DNA of 64,000 nt, from the NCBI GenBank assembly GCA_963755125.1, contig CAVWIP010000003.1, positions 19,344-83,343 on the forward strand, written 5' to 3'. Positions 1 through 9,489 of this stretch are shown here, in pieces. Position 1 is the stretch's first letter; each line of letters starts with the position of its first letter. The DNA is from an uncultured delta proteobacterium. Its GTDB lineage: Bacteria; Myxococcota_A; Polyangia; Fen-1088. Both the position numbers and the translations under genes were made by a program. Below the pieces are notes generated by a model. The model did no database searches. It had not been told where the DNA came from and saw only the letters and a program-made list of their open reading frames with translations.

Positions 1-469
1 CGACGAGTTTCTTGCCGACCTGGCCCGCGTGGCCCGGCCCGGGGCCGAGGTGCGCGTGGCCACCCCGCTGCGCGGGACCTGGTGCGAATTTCTCGACGTG
101 TACCGGGATGTGCTGGTGCGCCTCGGGCGCGAAGACGCGCTGGCCAGCCTGCGCGGATACACCGCCTCGTTTCCCGAAGCGGACGCCGCGATCCACCAGA
201 TGGAGCAGGCGGGGCTCACGCCCGTCACCGTGCAGCGCGATCACTGGGATCTGGTGTTTCGTAGCGCGCGCGAGTTCTTCTACGCGCCGGTCGTCGAGTT
301 CGGACCGCTGGCGCGCTGGAAGAAGATCGCAGGCAAAGGGCCAGAGGTGCAGGACACCTTCCTGGCGGTCAAACAGGCCATCGACACCTATTTTTCCAGC
401 GCGTCGTTCAGCGTGAGCATCGAGGCAGGGCTGTTCATCGGGCAGAAACCGGCCGAATCGAGCGCCTAA
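1..469 (+). CDS. Probable class I SAM-dependent methyltransferase, C-terminal part (5' truncated by window edge)
   Basis: Frame open from base 2 (DEFLADLARVARPGAEVRVATP), resembling the 'L.el.RVlrPGG' methyltransferase motif; stop TAA 467-469. Confidence 0.55.
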   Translation, partial: DEFLADLARVARPGAEVRVATPLRGTWCEFLDVYRDVLVRLGREDALASLRGYTASFPEADAAIHQMEQAGLTPVTVQRDHWDLVFRSAREFFYAPVVEFGPLARWKKIAGKGPEVQDTFLAVKQAIDTYFSSASFSVSIEAGLFIGQKPAESSA

Positions 470-527
470 CACGAGGCCGGGGGCCGGAAAGCCGGGGCCG
501 GTGTCGGAACCGAATCCGGAGTCGGTA

Positions 528-701
528 CTAGAAGAATCTGTCGGAGAGCAGGCGTCCCACGCCCACCAGCGCCAAGGCGAGTCCGGCCGCGGCCAGCAGC
601 GCGCCGGCAAGGTCGACGGGACGGCGTCGCTCGGTCGCCAGCCGCACGCCGTACACCGTGCCCGAAAGGCCAGTCGCGATCAGGACGAACGCCAGCAGCA
701 T
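528..701 (-). CDS. Small two-helix membrane protein (57 aa)
   Basis: ATG at 701: MLLAFVLIATGLSGTVYGVRLATERRRPVDLAGALLAAAGLALALVGVGRLLSDRFF; two hydrophobic stretches around a basic loop; fills the gap divergent from manC. Confidence 0.55.
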   Translation of the reverse strand: MLLAFVLIATGLSGTVYGVRLATERRRPVDLAGALLAAAGLALALVGVGRLLSDRFF

Positions 702-731
702 GGTCCAATCATCTTGAGGTAAAGTCCCTTG

Positions 732-1805
732 ATGGCAAAGCCCGAACAGTTCGCCGTGATTCTGGCAGGCGGTGGAGGCACCCGGCTGTGGCCGGCCAGT
801 CGGCGCGCCCGACCCAAGCAGTTGCTCAGCCTGGGCGCCAACGAATCGCTGCTGGCCGCCACGTTTCGCCGGCTGAGCGCGCTGGTGGGCCTGCCGCGCA
901 CTCTGATCGTAACCGCGGCGGATCAAGCCCAGGCCATCCGCGACGCCCTGCCCGGCCTGCCGGCTGACAACCTGGTGGTCGAGCCAGCGCCACGCAACAC
1001 GGCCCCGGCGGTGGGCCTGGCGGCGGCGCACATCGTGCGACGTGCGGGACAGGACGCCGTGCTTGCCGTGGTGCCGTCCGACGCCTTCATCAGAGATGAA
1101 TTGCAGTACGCGGCCGTGCTGCGGATCGCGCTGGCGCAGGCCGGCCAGGCCATCGTCACCATCGGCATCAATCCGACCAATCCGGAGACCGGCTACGGCT
1201 ACCTGCAGACCGGGGCCAAGGTGGCGGGCAGCGCCGAGGCCTACCACGTGGCGCGCTTCGTGGAGAAGCCCGACCTGTTGACCGCGCGCGCCTATCTGGC
1301 GTCGGGCGACTACCTTTGGAACTCGGGCATGTTCTTCTTTTCTGCTGGGCGCCTGCTGGCCGAGGCCCGCCAGCACCTGCCCGAATTGTCCGCCCTGCTC
1401 GACGAGCTTTGCGCCTCGCCCGATCCGGTCACACTGGCCCAGCAGCGCTACCCGCGCGTGCCCGCCATCTCCATCGACTATGGCATCATGGAGAAGGCGC
1501 AGGGAATCCAGGTGGTGCCAGGCGATTTCGGTTGGAGCGATGTCGGCAGTTGGGCGGCGGTGAGTGAAATTCGGCCCACCGACGATGACGGGAACTTCAT
1601 CTCGGGCGACGCTATCGTGAAAGCCTGCAATGGCAGCGTGGTGATGGCCGAGCCGGGCGCTCCGCTTCTGGGCGTGGTGGGCGTCGAGGGGATCGTGGTG
1701 GTGGCCACCCGCGATGCCGTGCTGGTCGTGCCCAAACATCGAGCGCAGGAAGTGCGCCGTGTGGTAGATGAACTTTCCGCGCAGGGCAGAAAAGAGTTCC
1801 TGTGA
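732..1805 (+). CDS. manC: Mannose-1-phosphate guanylyltransferase
   Basis: ILAGGGGTRLWPASR..RPKQ, EPAPRNTAPA, PETGYGY, FVEKP, WNSGMF, SIDYGIMEK, WSDVGSW motifs; no C-terminal PMI cupin. Confidence 0.95.
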   Translation: MAKPEQFAVILAGGGGTRLWPASRRARPKQLLSLGANESLLAATFRRLSALVGLPRTLIVTAADQAQAIRDALPGLPADNLVVEPAPRNTAPAVGLAAAHIVRRAGQDAVLAVVPSDAFIRDELQYAAVLRIALAQAGQAIVTIGINPTNPETGYGYLQTGAKVAGSAEAYHVARFVEKPDLLTARAYLASGDYLWNSGMFFFSAGRLLAEARQHLPELSALLDELCASPDPVTLAQQRYPRVPAISIDYGIMEKAQGIQVVPGDFGWSDVGSWAAVSEIRPTDDDGNFISGDAIVKACNGSVVMAEPGAPLLGVVGVEGIVVVATRDAVLVVPKHRAQEVRRVVDELSAQGRKEFL

Positions 1806-1830
1806 CGAGTGCCGAGCATCAGAAGCAACA

Positions 1831-3234
1831 ATGAACCCAAGAGTCTTTCGCGAGTACGACATCCGCGGCGTCGCGGATCAGGATTTTTCCGATTCCTTCG
1901 TTGGCGATCTGGCCGACGCCATCGCCGAGCATCTGCGCGAAGTGGGCGCGCGTCACATCACGCTGGGCCGCGATTGCCGGCTGTCCTCGCCGCGCATTCA
2001 CGCGGTCATGAAGTCACGGCTGGTGGATGCAGGCTTCGCCGTGTCGGATGTGGGCGTGCTGCACACGCCGGGGCTGTACTTTTCGGTCTTCCACTGCAAG
2101 GCCGACGGCGGCGTGATGATCACGGCCAGTCACAACCCCGAGCAGGACAACGGCTTCAAGATCGTGCGCGGCCCGAGCACCATCTTCGGCGCCGAGATCC
2201 AGGTGCTGCTCCAGCGCATCAGGCGCCACCGCGCCGGCACCCGGCCCGCGCCCGTGACGGGCGGCAGGGCGACCGAGGTGGACGTGCTGACACCGTACGT
2301 TGCCCAGGTGGCCGACGGCATGCGCCTGGGCGCCCGTCGATTCAAGATCGTGGTGGACGGCGGCAACGGCACCGGCGGCCTGACTTGCGTGTCGGTGCTG
2401 CGCCGGATGGGCCTGCAGGTCGAGGCGCTGTACTGCGATCCCGATGGCCGCTTTCCCAATCATCATCCCGATCCGACGGTGCCGGCCAACCTGACTGACC
2501 TCATCGACCATGTGAAGAAGGGCGGCGCGGAGTTGGGCATCGCGCTGGACGGCGACGCGGATCGCCTGGGCGTCGTGGATCCGGCGGGCCGTATCGTGTG
2601 GGGCGACCAGCTCATGATGCTGTTCGCGCGCGACATCCTGCGCGAGCGGCCGGGCGCCACCTTCGTCAGCGAGGTCAAGTGCAGCCAGGCCATGTACGAC
2701 GAGATCGCCCGGCTCGGGGGTCGCGCCATTATGTGGAAAGTAGGCCACTCGCTCATCAAGACCAAGATGCGCGAGGAGAAGGCCGTGCTGGCGGGCGAGA
2801 TGTCGGGGCACATGTTCTTCGCGGATCGTTACTACGGCTACGACGACGCCGTGTACGCGTCTGCGCGTCTGGTCGAACTGTTGACCCGCAGCGAACTTCC
2901 TCTCTCCGCGCTGGTGGACGCGTTGCCCGTGATGCACAACACGCCCGAGATTCGCCTGCCCTGTCCCGACGACATCAAGTTCGAGGTGGTGCGCCGGGCG
3001 CTGGCGCACTACCGCCGCGACCATCACGTGGTGGACGTGGACGGCGCACGCGTGAGTTTCCCCGGCGGCTGGGGTCTGGTGCGCGCATCCAACACCGGCC
3101 CGGTGCTGGTGCTTCGCTGCGAAGCCGACAGCCCCGAGCGCCTGGCGGAAATCCGCGCTGATCTGGAGGGCCTTCTGCAGGCCATCAGCGTCGAGCTGCA
3201 ACCCGTTGCTACGCTTCCGCCCAAAGCATTGTAA
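1831..3234 (+). CDS. algC: Phosphomannomutase/phosphoglucomutase (AlgC type)
   Basis: FREYDIRG, TASHNP phosphoserine loop, DGDADR metal loop, GEMSGH, VRASNT. Confidence 0.95.
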   Translation: MNPRVFREYDIRGVADQDFSDSFVGDLADAIAEHLREVGARHITLGRDCRLSSPRIHAVMKSRLVDAGFAVSDVGVLHTPGLYFSVFHCKADGGVMITASHNPEQDNGFKIVRGPSTIFGAEIQVLLQRIRRHRAGTRPAPVTGGRATEVDVLTPYVAQVADGMRLGARRFKIVVDGGNGTGGLTCVSVLRRMGLQVEALYCDPDGRFPNHHPDPTVPANLTDLIDHVKKGGAELGIALDGDADRLGVVDPAGRIVWGDQLMMLFARDILRERPGATFVSEVKCSQAMYDEIARLGGRAIMWKVGHSLIKTKMREEKAVLAGEMSGHMFFADRYYGYDDAVYASARLVELLTRSELPLSALVDALPVMHNTPEIRLPCPDDIKFEVVRRALAHYRRDHHVVDVDGARVSFPGGWGLVRASNTGPVLVLRCEADSPERLAEIRADLEGLLQAISVELQPVATLPPKAL

Positions 3235-3284
3235 GCTAGTCAAGCGATCGCACGCCCCAGAGTCTCCTTTGGAAGGCAACTGCC

Positions 3285-3761
3285 ATGCAAACCATCCCCT
3301 TCACCTCAACATTGTTCTGCAAACTGTTACCGCCTTGCACGTTCTTCGCTTTGCTGCTTTGCTCGTCGCCGGCACGGGCGGCCTTGGGCGGCGATGCTTC
3401 ATCGATAGGTACCGGCCAGACTCACTTGCTGGCCACTGCGCGCATCGAACGTGCCGCCACCCACACCATGCACGAGCTGCAGGCGGCGACCGGCACCAAG
3501 GTGCGGGAGTATGCGGACAACGACGGCAAGGTCTTCGGGGTTTCGTGGCAAGGTCCGTTTCGCCCTAATTTGCGCCAACTCCTCGGCTCGTACTACGAGA
3601 CGTACCTCAAGGCTGCCAAGACCCGCGTTGGCCGTGGCCCCGTCAACATCCAGGCTCCGGGACTGGTCATCCAGATGAGTGGCCACCAGCGTGCCTTCTA
3701 CGGCCGGGCCTACCTGGTGGACCGGGTGCCGCAAGGACTTTCCACCGACGAGATCCGCTAG
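3285..3761 (+). CDS. DUF2844 family secreted protein
   Basis: Signal peptide ending ARA-ALGG; VREY..DGKVFGVSWQGP.RPNLRQLLGSY and GHQRAFYGRAY motifs typical of DUF2844; overlaps next gene by 1 bp. Confidence 0.85.
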   Translation: MQTIPFTSTLFCKLLPPCTFFALLLCSSPARAALGGDASSIGTGQTHLLATARIERAATHTMHELQAATGTKVREYADNDGKVFGVSWQGPFRPNLRQLLGSYYETYLKAAKTRVGRGPVNIQAPGLVIQMSGHQRAFYGRAYLVDRVPQGLSTDEIR

Positions 3762-5032
3762 TGCGCGCCCCTCGCACGCGAAGAGCTGGGGCGGCTTGTA
3801 CGTCCGCTGTCCTGCTTGGCCTGGGTGTGGCGTGCAGCGGCAGCTCCGGCCTGCACCACAACACCATTGCCATGCCGGCGGACAACGTGGCCGAGGTGTT
3901 CGTCGACTACGGGCTGCCCAACATCGGCTACATCAACGGTCTGTTTGCAACAGTCACCGTCTGCGTTCCCGGCAGCACGAGTGACTGCCAGAGCATCGAC
4001 CACGTCCTGGTCGACACTGGCTCCGCGGGCCTGCGCCTGCTCGGGTCAGTGCTGACGCTCTCGCTGCCCGCCTTCACCAGCGACAGCGGGGTTGGGCTCG
4101 CCGAATGCACCCAGTTCATCAGCGGTTCCATTTGGGGTCCGCTTCGAAGTGCCGATTTCAAGATCGCGAACGAGCAGGCAAGCAATATCCCGATCCAGGT
4201 CATCGAGGAATCAACCTATCCCATGCCGAGCGATTGCACCGGCACGGACATCAGCACCCCCGAGTTGCTGGGCGCCAACGGTATCCTTGGGTTGTCGTCG
4301 TTCGCGCAGGATTGTGGGCCGCCCTGTGCTGCGGCGCTGGGCACCCAGTCCGAGAATCCGGGGACGTACTATGCGTGTGCTTCGGCGGCGGATGGCTGCC
4401 AGGCCACGGCTGTGCCTCTTGCCCAACAGCTATCAAATCCCGTCGTGTTCTTCAGCCAGGACAACAACGGCACGATTTTTGAGTTGCCGGCGATTCCCGC
4501 CGAAGGGGCGCCGAGCGTGATTGGATCCCTGGTCTTCGGCATTGGCACGCGCGACAACAATGGTCTGGAGCAGGCGTCGGTCATCCAGCTCGACGAATCC
4601 GGCGAGTTTCGCACCCAGTACCCCACCAACAGCACCCCAACTCTTGCCTTTGTCGATAGCGGCTCCAACGCGATCTACTTCCTGGACAGCACCACGACGC
4701 ACATCCCAACCTGTTACGACGCCTTGCACCCAGACATCTCGAACTTCTACTGTCCCAACTCCACCCTGAACCTGTCTGCCAAGATTCAGGATTCCTCCGG
4801 TCGGGTTCCCTTGATCGTGAACTTCAGCGTCGCCAACGCCATGACCCTAGCCTCCAGCCAGGACAACATCGCTTTTGATAACCTGGCCGGGCCCAGTGTC
4901 CCCCCGTCGGGACAGAGCTTCATGCCCGCGTATTTCGATTGGGGCCTGCCTTTCCACTTTGGCAGGAACGTGTTCACCGCCATCGCCGGCCAGACGACTT
5001 CAGCTGGACAAGGACCCTTCGTCGCGTTCTGA
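3761..5032 (+). CDS. DUF3443 family lipoprotein, predicted pepsin-like aspartic protease fold
   Basis: Lipobox LGVA-C; VTVCVPGS..CQSIDHVLVDTGSAGLR, NGILGL, NPV..F..DNNG, FVDSGSN, FDWGLPFHFGRNVF motifs. Confidence 0.85.
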   Translation: MRAPRTRRAGAACTSAVLLGLGVACSGSSGLHHNTIAMPADNVAEVFVDYGLPNIGYINGLFATVTVCVPGSTSDCQSIDHVLVDTGSAGLRLLGSVLTLSLPAFTSDSGVGLAECTQFISGSIWGPLRSADFKIANEQASNIPIQVIEESTYPMPSDCTGTDISTPELLGANGILGLSSFAQDCGPPCAAALGTQSENPGTYYACASAADGCQATAVPLAQQLSNPVVFFSQDNNGTIFELPAIPAEGAPSVIGSLVFGIGTRDNNGLEQASVIQLDESGEFRTQYPTNSTPTLAFVDSGSNAIYFLDSTTTHIPTCYDALHPDISNFYCPNSTLNLSAKIQDSSGRVPLIVNFSVANAMTLASSQDNIAFDNLAGPSVPPSGQSFMPAYFDWGLPFHFGRNVFTAIAGQTTSAGQGPFVAF

Positions 5033-5124
5033 CGTAGGCTGGAGACTGGAGGTTCACGAACCGGAGCCGGAAGCGCTAAGTCTGCCTTCCCTTCCGACCT
5101 ACAGCCTGCAGTCTCCGGTCTGTG

Positions 5125-6018
5125 CTACTCGCCGGTCAGCATCCGCATCAGCATCGCCCACGCCAGCTTACCCAGAAACAGGTAGGCCAGGGCGCTGGCC
5201 GCCAGGAACGGACCGAACGGGACTTCCGCCTTGCGAATGGACACCGGCTGAGCGGGTGAGGGAGGGACGGCTGACGCCACCGCGGCCTCGCGACGTTGGC
5301 GCACGACCAAGGCCGGCACGCTGATCAGGATGCCCGCGAGCGACGCGAGCAACACGATGGCAGGAATGGCCTTCCAGCCAAAGAGGGCGCCCATGATGGC
5401 CAAGAGCTTGCCGTCGCCCAGGCCCAGTCCCTCGCGGCCGGTGGCGTAGTAGTAACCGTCGGCAACGACGCGGACCAGGAGATAGCCAGCGGCGGCCCCG
5501 ATGGCGCGTTCTGACCAAGCGACGTCGTGCACGGCGAAGCCGGCCAGGAAGAAAGCCCCAATGGCAGGAAGCGTGATGACGTCGGGCAGGCGCTTGGTGT
5601 CGAGATCGATAAACGACAGCACCACGAGCACGGCCGCAAAGGCGAAGTAGGTGGCGAAGCGGGCCGCGCGAATGCCGAGCGGCTCGCCCGGCGCACCGAC
5701 CACGAAGGTCCAAAAGATCAGGGCCGCCAGCACAGCGGCCAACGCCTCGACCAGCGCGTAGCGCGGAGAGAAACGCGCGCCGCAGTGACGGCAGCGGCCG
5801 CGCAGCAACAAGTACGAGAGGATGGGGATGTTGTCGCGCGCCCACACGCGCTTGCCGCACGCGAAACAGTGCGAGGCTGGCCTGACCACCGACATGCCGC
5901 GCGGAATGCGCACGATGCACACGTTGAGGAAGCTGCCCCACAGTGCCCCCAGGCCCGCAGCAGTGAGGGTAGCGGCCAGGCGCAAGCCAGGGGAGCTCAG
6001 CGTGGGAAGTGCGTCCAC
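5125..6018 (-). CDS. pilD: Prepilin peptidase / N-methyltransferase
   Basis: GSFLNVCIVRIP, two CxxC pairs (CFAC, CRHC), IDLD, GLGLGDGKL, VPFGPFL. Confidence 0.95.
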   Translation of the reverse strand: MDALPTLSSPGLRLAATLTAAGLGALWGSFLNVCIVRIPRGMSVVRPASHCFACGKRVWARDNIPILSYLLLRGRCRHCGARFSPRYALVEALAAVLAALIFWTFVVGAPGEPLGIRAARFATYFAFAAVLVVLSFIDLDTKRLPDVITLPAIGAFFLAGFAVHDVAWSERAIGAAAGYLLVRVVADGYYYATGREGLGLGDGKLLAIMGALFGWKAIPAIVLLASLAGILISVPALVVRQRREAAVASAVPPSPAQPVSIRKAEVPFGPFLAASALAYLFLGKLAWAMLMRMLTGE

Positions 6019-6138
6019 TGGCCTACGTTACCATTCCTCGACTGCAAGCGCGTGGTCGCTCGGCAGTGGAACCATGCGCCCGAGGAGTTCAGTGGTAAAT
6101 TGCGAGCCCTCGTGCGCAGGCCTTTGTTCCGCAAACGG

Positions 6139-7074
6139 ATGCTCCTCTCGCTGCTTCTCGTGGCGGCATGGTTGGGCTGCGGCCGGGCCAAGCCCGACGG
6201 GATGCCGCCGCCGGACCAGGAACTGGACCAGGCGGTGCAACCGGCCGCTCTGGTTTCGGGGCTGCGGCGTTTGTCCGGCGCACACTTTCATGCCACGGCG
6301 ACGTTTCGTGTCAGCGCATCCGGTGGGCCGGATGCCGGGGCTCACGATGCCATAACCACCATGACCGATCTGTGGATCGACACGCAGGGCAACTTTCGCC
6401 TGGCCGAGAGCAACGATCGGGATGGCGGTCGCGAGGTGGTGCGCGTGGGCAGCGAGCTGGCCGTGGCCTTGCGCTACGGCAAGCTCGTGCGCCGGCCCGC
6501 CCAGGATCCCGAACCGCAGCAAATCCTCGAGGAAGGCGTTGGGGCGCCATACGCGGCGTGGGACACCGTGCGCCGATTCGTGGAGGTCGTGCCTGCCGGC
6601 AGCCGCGCCTTCCGCCTGAGCAAGGCCGCGGACCAGCGCGCGGGACTGGCTGCGTCCACGCCTTTGCGCAAGTGGCGCGAGACAGTCGACGTCCAGACGC
6701 TTGTGGGCGACGCGCGGCTCGATGCCAGCGGCGGGCTGCAAACCTTTTCACTGGTCTCGCATTTTCGAGCTGTCCGCGATGGAACCCCCATAGAGGGTGA
6801 GCTTGCAGTCGCGGCCACCGTCGACGCGGTGGTGGCGCCAGTGGTGATGCCTGCTGCTGAAACTCTGCCCGCGCGACAGCGAACCATCTTGGAAGAGCGT
6901 GCCCTTCTGGGCGGTCTGGCCGCGCCCACGCCTGCCTTGCCGCCACCGGCGAAAAAGGCAGCCGGCGGGCGCCACTCGGGCGATACCACGGGCCAGGCCA
7001 GCCCGGGACAGCCGCGAAGACCGTCGGCAGGCACCACCCGGGTTCCCGCGGCCGGCAAGCAGGAAACCCCGTGA
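6139..7074 (+). CDS. Hypothetical lipoprotein with Pro/Ala-rich tail
   Basis: MLLSLLLVAAWLG-C lipobox; alternative GTG start at 6112; overlaps next gene (GTGA). Confidence 0.65.
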   Translation: MLLSLLLVAAWLGCGRAKPDGMPPPDQELDQAVQPAALVSGLRRLSGAHFHATATFRVSASGGPDAGAHDAITTMTDLWIDTQGNFRLAESNDRDGGREVVRVGSELAVALRYGKLVRRPAQDPEPQQILEEGVGAPYAAWDTVRRFVEVVPAGSRAFRLSKAADQRAGLAASTPLRKWRETVDVQTLVGDARLDASGGLQTFSLVSHFRAVRDGTPIEGELAVAATVDAVVAPVVMPAAETLPARQRTILEERALLGGLAAPTPALPPPAKKAAGGRHSGDTTGQASPGQPRRPSAGTTRVPAAGKQETP

Positions 7075-7895
7075 GCACCGAGAAACCCGACGACAAGCTA
7101 GCCATCGAAGTGGGGGCCGAGCCGGTTACGCCCCAGGACCCGTCGCGACTGTCACACCTGGGGCAGAACCGCGGGCTCATCGTACGGCGGGCGCTGCTCG
7201 CCTCGGCCCTGGGCGGTCTTGTTCCCGTGCCGGTGGTGGACGACCTGGTGTCCGCGCGCGTGCGGGCGGGCCTGTTCATGAAGTTGGCGGTGAGCCGTCA
7301 GGTTGACCTGCCCGCGACCTCGGCCGAGGTGCTGGCCCAGGGCCAGGCCGGCTCGGCTTTGCGTACCGTCACGCTTGCCGCGGCCACCCTGGCGGCGCTC
7401 AGGCTGGCCTGGCGCAAGTTCTTTGCTCTGCTCGCCGCCGGCCGTGGCGCCGAAGACATGGCGATGATCTTCCAGGCGGCCACGCTGGTCAACCACTACT
7501 GCGCCAGGCTGCACGTGGGCGGGCCCATCAGCCGGCCGCAAGCCGCCCACCTGCGCGTGCTGATCCACCAATCCGTGAGCCGCACCTCGAAGAGCAAACT
7601 GGTGGCGGCGTTTCGCGAGGGTGGCCAGATCCTGGGTCGCTCGCTGCTGGAAGCGCCTCTCTGGGCCTCTCGCAGTCTGTCTCGCCACGCCGAGCGCTGG
7701 CTGCGTACCAGTGGCCATCCCGAGGTCGCTCCTGCCGGCTGGCCGATCGACGAAAGCGAGGAAGAGAAGACCTGGCTCGATCGCGCCGCACATGTGGTGG
7801 AGGAACGGCTGGCCGCCCTGGGCAACGACTACCTCGGCGGACTGGTCGACGATTTCGAAGCCCGCTGGCGCGAACGCCCGGCGCAGGGGACGTAG
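7071..7895 (+). CDS. Hypothetical protein (helical, GLVPVPVVDD motif)
   Basis: Plausible codon bias, translationally coupled to the upstream lipoprotein gene; no function recognised. Confidence 0.65.
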   Translation: MSTEKPDDKLAIEVGAEPVTPQDPSRLSHLGQNRGLIVRRALLASALGGLVPVPVVDDLVSARVRAGLFMKLAVSRQVDLPATSAEVLAQGQAGSALRTVTLAAATLAALRLAWRKFFALLAAGRGAEDMAMIFQAATLVNHYCARLHVGGPISRPQAAHLRVLIHQSVSRTSKSKLVAAFREGGQILGRSLLEAPLWASRSLSRHAERWLRTSGHPEVAPAGWPIDESEEEKTWLDRAAHVVEERLAALGNDYLGGLVDDFEARWRERPAQGT

Positions 7896-7943
7896 GGGCG
7901 GGCGAGACGCGAACGCTCCGAATTCCGGGTCTTGTGACTTGGA

Positions 7944-7972
7944 TTGAGCGGAGCGCCTGGCTTTGCTACGAT
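7944..7972 (+). promoter_or_regulatory. Putative sigma70-type promoter of rsfS-rlmH
   Basis: TTGAGC (7944-7949), 17 nt spacer, TACGAT (7967-7972) with extended TG; GTG start at 7981. Confidence 0.55.
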
Positions 7973-7980
7973 TGCAGCAA

Positions 7981-8535
7981 GTGAAGAAAAGACCCGCCCC
8001 CAAGACAAAGAGCAAAGCATCCAAGACCTCAGGCAGGCCCGGTCGTCGTGTCGGGCCCAAAGCGGCAGCGGGCCGAGGGGTGATTCCTGCGCGGGCGCGC
8101 CACACAGATCTGGCGAAGCCGGTCACGGCCAACCCGCAGGTGCAGCGCGAGGCGCTGGCCTCAGCCCGTGCCGCCATCGATGCTGCGCTGGAAAAGAAAG
8201 CGCTTCTGCCCGTGCTCATCGACGTGTCCGGGCGGGCCAGCTACACCGACTACATCGCCATCGTGAGCGGGCGCAGTGATCGGCAAGTGGACGCCATCGC
8301 GGATCACGTGCATCAGGTCATGCACGAGCAGGGCCGGCGGCTGCTCGGCCGCGAGGGAACGCGCAACGGGCGCTGGGCCTTGCTTGACTTCGGCGATGTG
8401 GTCCTGCACGTGTTCTATCACCCGGTGCGCGAGATCTTCGACATCGAGAGCCTGTGGATCGACGCTCCTCGGGTGAAGCTGCAGATCCCGCCCGAGGCCA
8501 TGGTGCTTGCCAGCGACGGTCCCGTCGGGCCGTGA
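7981..8535 (+). CDS. rsfS: Ribosome silencing factor RsfS (Iojap) with basic N-terminal extension
   Basis: EKKA..PVLIDV....YTDY..IVSGRSDRQVDAIA, EG....WALLDFGDVVLHVF...R..FDIESLW. Confidence 0.93.
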   Translation: MKKRPAPKTKSKASKTSGRPGRRVGPKAAAGRGVIPARARHTDLAKPVTANPQVQREALASARAAIDAALEKKALLPVLIDVSGRASYTDYIAIVSGRSDRQVDAIADHVHQVMHEQGRRLLGREGTRNGRWALLDFGDVVLHVFYHPVREIFDIESLWIDAPRVKLQIPPEAMVLASDGPVGP

Positions 8536-8954
8536 AGATCCTGGTCCGCGCCGTCGGCAAGATGCGCGATCGGCGGCTGGAGTCGGTGTGCCAGGAGTAT
8601 GTGGATCGAGCGCGACGCCACCTGCCCGTGGCGGTCGAGGAAGTTGAAGGCGACGCGGACTTGCTGCGCAGCCTGCCCACGGGCGCTGAAGTCGTCGCGC
8701 TGGAGCCAGGCGGTGATTGCTGGACCACCGCCGAGTTCATCAAGTATCTCGACCAGCGCATGGTGCGAGGCGCGCGCGCCATCGCTTTTCTCATCGGCGG
8801 GGCTGAAGGCCTGACCCCGGCCACGGTCAACGCCGCGCACAGGCGCCTGTCGCTTTCGCCTCTCACCCTGCCCCACCGCCTGGCTCGCGTGATCCTGTGC
8901 GAACAGATCTACCGGGCCATCTCGGCCTTGCGTGGCGAGCCCTACAACAAATAG
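8532..8954 (+). CDS. rlmH: 23S rRNA m3-psi1915 methyltransferase RlmH
   Basis: GTG start KILVRAVGK; FLIGGAEG, LSLSPLTLPHRLARVILCEQIYRA..GEPY; canonical rsfS-rlmH synteny. Confidence 0.93.
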   Translation: MKILVRAVGKMRDRRLESVCQEYVDRARRHLPVAVEEVEGDADLLRSLPTGAEVVALEPGGDCWTTAEFIKYLDQRMVRGARAIAFLIGGAEGLTPATVNAAHRRLSLSPLTLPHRLARVILCEQIYRAISALRGEPYNK

Positions 8955-8982
8955 GCGCCGGTGTAGACTGACGGAAGACGCC

Positions 8983-9486
8983 ATGAGTATCAGCAAGCGG
9001 TTTCTCGACATGGCCCGCGCCGAGTTGAATGCGCTGCTCGACAAGGCGTCGACCTGGGAGTCGCCGCGCGATCCGGACGAAGATCTCTACCACCGCTACG
9101 GGCTCGACGAATTGAGCGACGAACAACTGGAGGCCGAGCTGGAACGTCGCCACCGGGCGCGGGCCGCGGCCAAGGCCAGGGTCAACGCCGCAGCCCCGCG
9201 GCCCACGGCGGCAAGCAGCAAACCGCGGCCCAGCTCCGCGCGTCCGTCATCCGGCCCCTCGCCGCGAAGGCCTTCGCCCGAGGACGAAGTGCGCCGCGCC
9301 TACGCCGCGCTGGAAGTGCCGATGGGCTCGAACTTCGAGACCATGCGCAAGTCGTACCGCGCGCTCATGCGCAAGTATCACCCCGACCACCATTCCGGAT
9401 CGCCCGAGAAGCAGAAGACCGCCACCGAGCTGACGCAGAAGCTGACCGAGGCCTACAAGCTGCTGGAAAAAAGACTTCGGCGTTAG
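8983..9486 (+). CDS. DnaJ-domain protein (C-terminal J domain)
   Basis: AYAALEV...RKSYRALMRKYHPD...LTEAY; HPD motif. Confidence 0.85.
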   Translation: MSISKRFLDMARAELNALLDKASTWESPRDPDEDLYHRYGLDELSDEQLEAELERRHRARAAAKARVNAAAPRPTAASSKPRPSSARPSSGPSPRRPSPEDEVRRAYAALEVPMGSNFETMRKSYRALMRKYHPDHHSGSPEKQKTATELTQKLTEAYKLLEKRLRR

Positions 9487-9489
9487 CGG

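Noticed and set aside
470..527. Degenerate 6-bp periodic tract (GGGGCC, GGTGTC, GGAACC, GAATCC, GGAGTC)
   Set aside because: Short low-complexity spacer between convergent genes; no evidence of function.
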